From assembly GCA_048939465.1 (NCBI GenBank), contig JBHLPL010000039.1:1-16296 (forward strand): a stretch of 16,296 nucleotides of DNA. Reading direction: 5' to 3'. Shown one piece after another: positions 1 to 6,574 of this stretch. Within the stretch, counting starts at the first letter, position 1. Each line of letters begins with the position of its first letter. The notes below the pieces were generated by a model. That model did no database searches. It was not told the DNA's origin and saw only the letters and a list, made by a program, of their open reading frames with translations. A program made the position numbers and the translations under genes. Source of the DNA: Promethearchaeota archaeon. Lineage in GTDB: Archaea > Asgardarchaeota > Odinarchaeia > Odinarchaeales > JBHLKK01.

Positions 1-2
1 TA

Positions 3-743
3 AAAGATGAGGATGAACTACGATGCATTAGACAATCGGCAATGTGGGCGAATTTGGCACATCAGATATTGCAGGAGAAAACAGTGGCAGGAGCTAACGA
101 GGTAGAGGTATCATTATCTGCTTCTATGGAAGCCTCGGTTGCTATGGGAAAAGCTCTTGGACTCTCTTATCGATTCTTTTCATTCAGGGGACTTCCAGTT
201 CAAGCAGGATATCGCGGCCAAATTGGTACATACTCGGCTATCCCCCATGCAACCACTCGCTTTGCCACATTTAAACCGGGAGACACACTTGTTACAGGCG
301 CATCCGCGAGTGTCGCAGGCTATTATGCTGAACTAGAAAGGACCATGTTCATGGGCCCGCCAAGTGAAAAACAGCAAAAATACTTTGACATAATGATCGA
401 GGCACAAGATGAAGCATTTGATGCCTTTGCTCCAGGAAAACCTTGCTCTGTAGTGGATAACGCAACTCGGAAGGTTTTCAAAAAACATGATGTTCTACAA
501 TTGGCTCAGCATCACACTGGTCATGCTATTGGACTCGAAGGGCATGAGAAACCGTTTCTGGATCAGGGTATGGATGTGAAAATGGAGCCCGGTATGGTCT
601 TTACAGTTGAGCCAGGAATCTACGATCGAGCAATTGGTGGATTTCGGCACTCTGACACTGTTATCATTACTGATGAAGGTATGGAAAGAGTGACTTACTA
701 TCCTCGCGATATCGACTATCTGACCATTGACTTAAGACGATGA
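3..743 (+). CDS. M24 family (Xaa-Pro peptidase/creatinase 'pita-bread' fold) hydrolase, 5'-truncated
   Basis: The frame is open from base 3 (KDEDELRCIRQSA precedes the ORF-track Met, matching the 'K(S)xxEI..IR.A' start of the M24 catalytic domain). Motifs: AIPHAT, GYYAELERT, HHTGHAIGLEGHE, TVEPGIY, GGFRHSDTVIIT. Confidence 0.9.
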   Translation, partial: KDEDELRCIRQSAMWANLAHQILQEKTVAGANEVEVSLSASMEASVAMGKALGLSYRFFSFRGLPVQAGYRGQIGTYSAIPHATTRFATFKPGDTLVTGASASVAGYYAELERTMFMGPPSEKQQKYFDIMIEAQDEAFDAFAPGKPCSVVDNATRKVFKKHDVLQLAQHHTGHAIGLEGHEKPFLDQGMDVKMEPGMVFTVEPGIYDRAIGGFRHSDTVIITDEGMERVTYYPRDIDYLTIDLRR

Positions 744-864
744 TTTCTTTCCACACGTCAGGGAATCTCACCGACATCAGTTTCTTGCAAGTTGGCGTTG
801 ACAACTTCGTCCCTGATAGCCTGTTGCTTTTCTCGGTCTCGAAAGAAAAAAGTGATTGCTAGGT

Positions 865-1194
865 TCATTTCTCTGCACTTATATCCACGAGAATGATCCT
901 AAACTGGAGTGTTTTGCCAGCCATTGGATGTCTTCCCGCTTTTCCATAGGCCAGTTCTGGAGGCAGTGTAACTGTCTTCTCTTCACCTGTTTTCATGCCA
1001 ACGATAGCATCGTTGAAACCTTTAATGACCTGTCCAGCGCCCAGAGTGACAGTCAGCGGTTTATAGTCGCGGCTCTTCTGATATATACCTGCCTTTATTG
1101 CTTCTTTTTCTAATGATGTATCAAAGACTTTGCCACCGGGGAATCTTCCAACATAGTGTACTCGAACTGTATCCCCATTCTTTGCTTCACTCAC
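865..1194 (-). CDS. FKBP-type peptidyl-prolyl cis-trans isomerase, short archaeal type
   Basis: Motifs GDTVRVHYVG, VFDTS, LGAGQVIKGF, GMKTGEEKTVTLPPELAYG, HPMAGKTLQF. Archaeal bulge insertion EKEAIKAGIYQKSRDY. GTG start with AAGGAG upstream on the minus strand. Confidence 0.95.
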   Translation of the reverse strand: MSEAKNGDTVRVHYVGRFPGGKVFDTSLEKEAIKAGIYQKSRDYKPLTVTLGAGQVIKGFNDAIVGMKTGEEKTVTLPPELAYGKAGRHPMAGKTLQFRIILVDISAEK

Positions 1195-1377
1195 GGTAAA
1201 CCTACTCCTTGAAGGGGTTCTTTTATATGAATGGCTCTTTTGTTTTATGTATCTTCTTATGAGGGAATATATATCAATTTAGCTTTCTTAAGAAGCACGA
1301 CAAGATTTTTAATTCTCTTATGCGATAAGAAGCATCATCGGAAGGCTTTTTAGCAAGAGAATCTAGGTGGAATCTCC

Positions 1378-2568
1378 ATGGATATGGGGAAAATAAATGA
1401 AGAATTCCCGACTGCTCGTCGCCTGGCATTCTTTCGAGCTTCTGCAATCTCTCTGCTCCCCCGTCGGACAATAGAGCTTATGCAGTCTCTTACAAAAGCT
1501 TGGAGAGTTGATCAGGATCCCGAGGCAATGAAACGCATCATGGAGTCTACAGATCCGTGTAGGGATGCTGGTGCTAAACTGATGGGGGCCAAGCAGGATG
1601 AAATTTCTTATACCTCAAGCACTACTGCGGGTGTCAATATTTTTGCCTCGAGTCTTCCATGGCAACCAGGAGACAATGTCGTCATCGCGGACTTGGAATA
1701 CCCCGCAAATGTTATTCCTTGGTATAATCAGGCTCAACTTCACGGGCTGAAGATCAGAGTAGTCAAAAGCGAGAATGGACAGGTTCCTCTTGATAAGTAC
1801 GAGGAAGCTATTGATCAGAACACCAAAGTTGTTGCTGTTAGTCATGTGCAATATTTATCTGGCTTTCGACACGATTTGAAAGCGCTTGCTCGGCTTGCTC
1901 ATGCGAACGGAGCCTATTTATTTGTGGACGGGATTCAATCTTTGGGAGCTCTCAAGGTTAACGTCAAGGAGCTAGATGTGGATGCCTTTGCAGTCAGCGG
2001 ATATAAGTGGCTTTGTGCCCCCATGGGTACTGGTCTTCTTTACATAAGAGAAGACTTGATCGATGAACTTTCACCGGTTCATGTAGGGATTGAAAGCATC
2101 CCTAAAGCATTGAAAGAAACGCTTTGGGAACGTATCATGATTGGTTTGCCACTGTTAGATGAAAAAGAATACAGCCTCTTCTGCCCAAGTGGTCGGCGAT
2201 TTCAATATGGTATGCCAAATTTGGTCGGAGCTTCTGGGTTAGAAGCTAGCATTAAACTATTTCTAGAGCTGGGACCCGAAAAAGTTGAGAAGCACATCAA
2301 TGATGTAACAACCTACCTTATGAACGGTCTAGAAAAGAAATCGGTTGATTTGATTACTCCTAAGCAGTGGGATATGCGAGCTGGCATCGTTACATTCAAG
2401 CATAATAAACCAATAAGAAGCGAAGATGAGGCTAAGGAATTGGAAAAAAGATTCGGAGAGAAAGGTGTATTATTGACTATTCGTGGCGGTTGCGTAAGGG
2501 TCGCTTGCCACCTATACAATACCAAAGACGATGCTGACAAACTCCTGAAGCTTTTGCCAGTGGGTTGA
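1378..2568 (+). CDS. Class V aminotransferase / cysteine desulfurase-like PLP-dependent enzyme
   Basis: STTAGVN, VIADLEYPAN, VDGIQSLG (PLP-binding Asp), SGYKWLCAPMGTG (Schiff-base Lys), C-terminal RVACHLYNT. Confidence 0.9.
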   Translation: MDMGKINEEFPTARRLAFFRASAISLLPRRTIELMQSLTKAWRVDQDPEAMKRIMESTDPCRDAGAKLMGAKQDEISYTSSTTAGVNIFASSLPWQPGDNVVIADLEYPANVIPWYNQAQLHGLKIRVVKSENGQVPLDKYEEAIDQNTKVVAVSHVQYLSGFRHDLKALARLAHANGAYLFVDGIQSLGALKVNVKELDVDAFAVSGYKWLCAPMGTGLLYIREDLIDELSPVHVGIESIPKALKETLWERIMIGLPLLDEKEYSLFCPSGRRFQYGMPNLVGASGLEASIKLFLELGPEKVEKHINDVTTYLMNGLEKKSVDLITPKQWDMRAGIVTFKHNKPIRSEDEAKELEKRFGEKGVLLTIRGGCVRVACHLYNTKDDADKLLKLLPVG

Positions 2569-2619
2569 GGCAGCCTGAGGAATTTACCTACATTCAAGTG
2601 CCGGACTATAGGTTATAGA

Positions 2620-3330
2620 TCACTTTTTTCTTGGGAGATGGATGGCGATTTTGCACACATCATCCCCCTTTAGCACGGTCTCCAAAACCTTGACTTCTAC
2701 GGACTCCTGAAGAATTTCTTCCCATATGCCCTTATAGAATCCTGCACCACAGTAGCAATAGGTCGAAGATATCTTTTTAGATAATTTCAGCGAATCTCTG
2801 ATTCTCGGGCAGTGACAGTAATACTGCCGCTTTTTTTCCGGATCTTTTTCATTCATATACTCAACTAGGAACCCACTCTTGGGTATTTTTGTAGCTATTA
2901 TCGTATCTCCCTTCTTAACTCCTGCTAACCCCCACCCCTTGTTCACTATTTCTTCGATCATTTCCTTGTCTAACTTCAAGCTATCATCTAGAAACGATTC
3001 AAACTGTTCTTGAAGCATTTGGTGGACCACGCCAATATCTTTGGTTTCTTCATATCTCTCCTTTATTGCCCGTAAATCGGATTTGGGATACCGACATGCG
3101 CAGTTAGTCATTATCTCTATTCTTTTGCTCTCATCCACAAGAGTATCTAGCTTCTCCATAGCCTTTTTTGTCCAGTCGATTACTTCTTCTCGACTGGTCT
3201 CCTCGGAGATTCTTTCAGTATCTTTCATGATCTCTTTTCTAATCTCTTCTCCAGCTATTCTTCCAATACACTCTGAGAATCTGGTCAACCAGATTCTCTC
3301 GAAATCAGAACCTTCATGCATCTTTACCAT
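2620..3330 (-). CDS. Cys-rich protein resembling DUF6144 / V4R-like fold
   Basis: 236 aa with CAC, CHC and CYC motifs. The C-terminal 'CGAGFYKGIWEEIL..VEVKVLETVLKGDDVCKIAI' resembles V4R-type ligand-binding domains. Family assignment is from recall only. Confidence 0.7.
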   Translation of the reverse strand: MVKMHEGSDFERIWLTRFSECIGRIAGEEIRKEIMKDTERISEETSREEVIDWTKKAMEKLDTLVDESKRIEIMTNCACRYPKSDLRAIKERYEETKDIGVVHQMLQEQFESFLDDSLKLDKEMIEEIVNKGWGLAGVKKGDTIIATKIPKSGFLVEYMNEKDPEKKRQYYCHCPRIRDSLKLSKKISSTYCYCGAGFYKGIWEEILQESVEVKVLETVLKGDDVCKIAIHLPRKK

Positions 3331-3350
3331 CAGCGCTTTTTCTTGATTCG

Positions 3351-3382
3351 ATAACCTGTTTCAGGTCTCTGAAACAGGTTAT
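3351..3382. repeat. Perfect 14-bp inverted repeat with a 4-nt spacer
   Basis: ATAACCTGTTTCAG-gtct-CTGAAACAGGTTAT, read directly in the intergenic gap between 3330 and 3393. Confidence 0.95.
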
Positions 3383-3392
3383 GTCCGACTCA

Positions 3393-3593
3393 TCATCGTT
3401 CATTGGTGCTTCTTCGTTGTTTTTCTACATACTTTATCAGTAATAGTATTCCTTCCACGATCAGAAATACCCCGATTATGTAGGATATCAGCCATGGGAA
3501 TGCTATTATTAGTATTCCGAATACTATTGCTAATATGGCAAGAATCGATTCTGATATGTTTATTTGACTAAGGGTTTTGCTCGTTTCACTCAT
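3393..3593 (-). CDS. Small two-helix membrane protein (DUF3096-like)
   Basis: ILAILAIVFGILIIAFPWLISYIIGVFLIVEGILLLI hairpin followed by a basic tail. ATG is preceded by GGAGGTGA. Confidence 0.85.
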   Translation of the reverse strand: MSETSKTLSQINISESILAILAIVFGILIIAFPWLISYIIGVFLIVEGILLLIKYVEKQRRSTNER

Positions 3594-3600
3594 TCACGCA

Positions 3601-3608
3601 TCACCTCC
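3601..3608 (-). promoter_or_regulatory. Shine-Dalgarno GGAGGTGA
   Basis: The plus strand reads tcacctcc, 7 nt upstream of the ATG at 3593. Confidence 0.85.
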
Positions 3609-3694
3609 AGACATTCTGATGGCACTTGTTAGTGGTACCTACCAACTAATCCCTTCAGCAGATGCGGATTTTGGGCTGAATTGCCCCTGAATGC

Positions 3695-3952
3695 CTACTC
3701 CTCTTCCTCTTCCTCTTCCTCTTCCTCTTCCTCTTCCTCTTCCTCTTCCTCTTCCTCTTCCTCTTCCTCTTCCTCTTCCATTTCCTCTTTTTTGCCTCTC
3801 TTAAAAAGTCCTTTCTTTAGTCCTCTTCCAGAGGATTTTGCCACTCCCCAGCCCTTTCTAAGGCCTTTTCCGACGCCTTCGCCCACTCTCTCGGCACCTT
3901 TTTCAAACTTTCCTTTATGTTTCTTCTTACTCTTTCCTTTTCCTTTCCCCAT
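3695..3952 (-). CDS. Small Lys/Gly-rich protein with a poly-Glu C-terminal tail (85 aa)
   Basis: ATG at 3952 (MGKGKGKS...) follows GGAGGT at 3959-3964, a better start than 3985. 21 Lys+Arg in the first 55 aa, then EEM and 27 Glu, then TAG. Confidence 0.8.
   Translation of the reverse strand: MGKGKGKSKKKHKGKFEKGAERVGEGVGKGLRKGWGVAKSSGRGLKKGLFKRGKKEEMEEEEEEEEEEEEEEEEEEEEEEEEEEE
3701..3778. repeat. Perfect hexanucleotide tandem repeat (CTCTTC)13, i.e. (GAAGAG)13 on the coding strand
   Basis: 13 uninterrupted units counted directly. They encode 26 of the 27 terminal Glu residues. Confidence 0.97.
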
Positions 3953-4128
3953 CTCAAAACCTCCCTGAAGTGGATCCATATTCAATCGTTTGTTTTGATG
4001 TATATGCCTAATTGAAATCTCCTTAAATAAGTAGTATTTGTCAGTATCGGTTGATACGTGATAACGGCAATTTTAAAAAGGACCTTGGCATTATCTTGTG
4101 CTGGAGTCAGACAAGGGGAGGATCGGGC

Positions 4129-4335
4129 TTGAAAAGAGTTAGTCTTGCTGTCCTTGCTGCCACAATAGGTTTTCTCATAGGTGGGGCCTTTTCATATTTT
4201 TATGAGGCAAGGTGGATGGGTGAGCTCCCCATAATAAACTATCCTTTTCGATATCTAGCATTACCGTTCTTTGCTGTTGGAATAATATTGGCAGTAACAA
4301 CCGTGGTCTTGGAGATGTCATCAAGAGTCAAGTAG
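4129..4335 (+). CDS. Small membrane protein with two predicted TM helices
   Basis: TTG at 4129 follows GGAGG (4117-4121) and is in frame with ORF 4051..4335. Hydrophobic segments SLAVLAATIGFLIGGAFSYFY and YLALPFFAVGIILAVTTVVL. Confidence 0.65.
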   Translation: MKRVSLAVLAATIGFLIGGAFSYFYEARWMGELPIINYPFRYLALPFFAVGIILAVTTVVLEMSSRVK

Positions 4336-4356
4336 ACCTCACGATCCTAAAACAAG

Positions 4357-4794
4357 GTGCCAAGCGTGATAATAAGAAAACTGACCATGAAAGATTACGA
4401 TGCACTCATAGAACTCTGGGAAGATGCCGGACTTCCGTACAAACCAGAGGGACGTGATAGGCGGAATGATATCAAGAGCCAACTCAATCAGCCCAACACT
4501 CTGTACCTAGTAGCTGTGGTAGGTAATAGAATTGTCGGTTCTATATTGGGTACACATGATAGTCGAAAAGGTTGGATCAATAGGCTTGCCGTATCTCCTA
4601 GCCATCGTAGAAAGGGTATTGCAGCGAAATTGGTAAAAGAGGTAGAGGACCGATTCTCTGAGCTTGGAATCGACATAATGGCTTGCATGGTGGAAGACTG
4701 GAATACCGTGTCTTTGCAGGTATTTGAGAAACTAGGATATAGACAGCACCCAGACATAGTATACTTCTCCAAACGAAAGAACCCTGAGGTGTAG
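4357..4794 (+). CDS. GNAT family N-acetyltransferase (YpeA-like)
   Basis: IVGSILGTHDSRKGWINRLAVSPSHRRKGIA contains the acetyl-CoA motif A (R-R-K-G-I-A), followed by FEKLGY. The true start may be GTG 4366, since AAGGTG lies 6 nt upstream of it. Confidence 0.92.
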   Translation: MPSVIIRKLTMKDYDALIELWEDAGLPYKPEGRDRRNDIKSQLNQPNTLYLVAVVGNRIVGSILGTHDSRKGWINRLAVSPSHRRKGIAAKLVKEVEDRFSELGIDIMACMVEDWNTVSLQVFEKLGYRQHPDIVYFSKRKNPEV

Positions 4795-4838
4795 TAAGAC
4801 TAGTATCCTTCATTAATAGCATTGATGGGGAATAGATC

Positions 4839-5465
4839 TTGAATTCGCCGGTTTCTGATGTTTTCGTTGTGGATTCGGTCAAGAACACCGAATATGAGAG
4901 GTATTTATACAGGTGTTTTGCTCCTATGCCGTTTAGAAGGTATAAGAAAAGACGTGAATACTTAAAAACTGCAGCAGAACGAGGTTTGAGAAAGAAGATA
5001 TTGTTCTTCAAAGGGAAGGCGGTCGGACAGATAGAATATGCACCGGCAGAAGCCTCAGGCTATCCGATTTTTGGTGAGAGACTTGTTGTGATGAATTGTC
5101 TCTGGGTTTTGAGGAAGGCGAAGGGCAATCGGTTCGGGAGACTCCTAGTAGACGAGATGATTAAAGATAATAGAGATGCGAGTGGTTTTTCAACAATTGG
5201 CCTAGAGAATCACTGGAGTCCGTGGATGAAAAAGGAACACATGGAATTGTTTGATTTCAAGTCAATCGATTCTCTCCGGGTATTTCACAAAATGAAACGT
5301 ATGAGCGAGTGCTTTAGGATTCACCTCATGTGGCTTCCCAACAAAGGCGGCGAATTACCTGTATGGAGCAAATCTAGGCTCCTGGCGGGGATAGACTTCT
5401 GTATGGCTCATCCTCTTTACCACCCGGAAGGCCTAAAGGCAGGAAAAGTCCTGCAAGAGTGCTGA
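4839..5465 (+). CDS. GNAT-fold N-acetyltransferase (YoaP-like)
   Basis: VGQIEYAP..GYPI...VMNCLWVLRKAKGNRFGRLL resembles the YoaP-type GNAT pattern. The start codon is uncertain (TTG). Confidence 0.75.
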   Translation: MNSPVSDVFVVDSVKNTEYERYLYRCFAPMPFRRYKKRREYLKTAAERGLRKKILFFKGKAVGQIEYAPAEASGYPIFGERLVVMNCLWVLRKAKGNRFGRLLVDEMIKDNRDASGFSTIGLENHWSPWMKKEHMELFDFKSIDSLRVFHKMKRMSECFRIHLMWLPNKGGELPVWSKSRLLAGIDFCMAHPLYHPEGLKAGKVLQEC

Positions 5466-5792
5466 ACTCTTCATAATCTCTTTCTATGTTCTCACGAGGA
5501 GCACTTCGCGAGAATTGATGAAAGAAGCTTCTTCATGTCATTAGTTTTAACTGTGTACTTTCCGGCATAAGACAGCTCGTTTCAGAATAAGGAGGGATGA
5601 AAATTGGGAGTCACCCTTTAAAATCATTCTTGGTGTTGGTCCTCCCGTATTCTTTCTATCCGCCACATTCGGAGTTGCTTACTCTGCTATCAGTAATGTA
5701 AAATGCAAAAATAATGTAGAATGGAAAAATATTGACATGTTGGAGAGCAATGAGCACCATTCTGCCGCCTCGGGGGGATTTAGCCCTTGTGT

Positions 5793-5893
5793 AATGGTGT
5801 GCCATTCAGCCGATGAATATGAGGCCAGAAAGCCTCATATTGAGGAAGAACTTATAGCCTGCACGCAGTTACTGCGGAGAACCAAATTCTCCG
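5793..5893 (+). other. Cluster of stem-loops; possible structured RNA element
   Basis: Stems AATGG/CCATT (5793-5806), AATATGAGGC/GCCTCATATT (5816-5841), CGCAG/CTGCG (5864-5876) and CGGAGAA/TTCTCCG (5875-5893). Confidence 0.4.
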
Positions 5894-5949
5894 GGAGGAA
5901 AATACCACAAAAAATGTTGTTCAAAACTCCGAATTAAAGGTGTAATGAT

Positions 5950-6282
5950 ATGAGTTCAAGATTGTTGGTGATAATTGCAACTGCCGAGAAGGATAAAGCA
6001 TTAGCAGGGTTGATGTTTGCACGTAACGCAATCGAGAAGGCATGGATGAGCGATGTGAAAATTGTGTTCTTTGGCCCCTCTGAAAGGCTTATTGTTACTG
6101 ACAAACACCTTTCAAATGAAGCAAGAGAGATAGCCAGTCTCGGAGAAGTCTTTGCCTGTAAAGCTATATCGGATAAAGAAGGTTTTTCAGATGATATAGA
6201 GACGCTCGGAGTAAAAGTTGAATTTGTTGGATCAAAAATATCAGATCTAGTTAAGCAGGGATATGTACCGATGGTTTGGTAG
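5950..6282 (+). CDS. DsrE/DsrF-like family protein
   Basis: 110 aa with LLVIIAT...AGLMFA..A, VKIVFFGPSE and a single Cys in FAC at the DsrE active-site position. Confidence 0.85.
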   Translation: MSSRLLVIIATAEKDKALAGLMFARNAIEKAWMSDVKIVFFGPSERLIVTDKHLSNEAREIASLGEVFACKAISDKEGFSDDIETLGVKVEFVGSKISDLVKQGYVPMVW

Positions 6283-6502
6283 ATTTGCAGAGATCAATTA
6301 GATATGCCGTGATTCACCCTCAACGCCTCTGATGGGCTCTTCTTGCGGAAAAGATAGAGCTGGATTCTTGTTATATGCCCGTCAATGAGACAGAATCATG
6401 TTCCAATGATTTGACAAACACACGTCTTCATGTTCCCAATTATGTTTTGCTTCTCCTCAGGTGTCCTAATTCTCCCTCACAGAGCTTTTCTATTGCGCAA
6501 GG

Positions 6503-6510
6503 TTTATATA
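6503..6510 (+). promoter_or_regulatory. Candidate archaeal TATA box
   Basis: TTTATATA preceded by purine-rich CAAGG, 64 nt upstream of the ATG at 6575. Confidence 0.5.
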
Positions 6511-6574
6511 TAGCATTGTCATGGTAATAACGCCGTTATATTGATATTATGTTATAAGAATAAGTTGATGTGCC

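Noticed and set aside
758-816. Nested short stems (TCAGGGA/TCCCTGA, AAGTTG/CAACTT) between convergent genes
   Set aside because: The 6-7 bp stems with long loops are within chance expectation.
3351-3382. CRISPR repeat (GTTTCAG...CTGAAAC resembles repeat termini)
   Set aside because: Single copy, with no spacer-repeat periodicity and no cas genes in the window.
3629-3649. Imperfect palindrome TTAGTGGTA-cc-TACCAACTAA upstream of the DUF3096-like gene
   Set aside because: It needs a bulge and has no second copy. It is too weak to call an operator.
3698-3795. H-DNA/triplex formation by the polypyrimidine tract
   Set aside because: (CTCTTC)n is not a perfect mirror repeat, and the purine bias is explained by Glu/Lys codons.
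3681-3968. Plus-strand poly-Ser ORF
   Set aside because: It is the antisense shadow of the poly-Glu gene, which has the SD and ATG. The Ser run is only the complement of the repeat.
5460-5570. Selenocysteine read-through of the YoaP-like GNAT (ends TGC-TGA, next stop TAA 5568-5570) using the downstream SECIS-like hairpin
   Set aside because: The 34-aa extension has no recognisable motif and the domain looks complete at the TGA. It would be revived only if homologs have Cys at this position and continue past it.
5772-5850. tRNA-like or known riboswitch (guanidine-I, fluoride, SAM-I) or hammerhead match
   Set aside because: There are only fragmentary resemblances. The T-arm GTTCRA, the ykkC AGGGUUCCG and the hammerhead CUGAUGA/GAAA cores are all absent.
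5737-5937. 66-aa ORF from the ORF track as a stand-alone gene
   Set aside because: No SD and no motif, and it overlaps the hairpin cluster. It is kept only as part of the possible frameshifted-gene finding.
6294-6476. Minus-strand frame with one internal TGA (…NMKTCVCQIIGT*FCLIDG…), a possible selenoprotein or pseudogene
   Set aside because: No recognisable homology, no clear SD, and no SECIS-like element on that strand.
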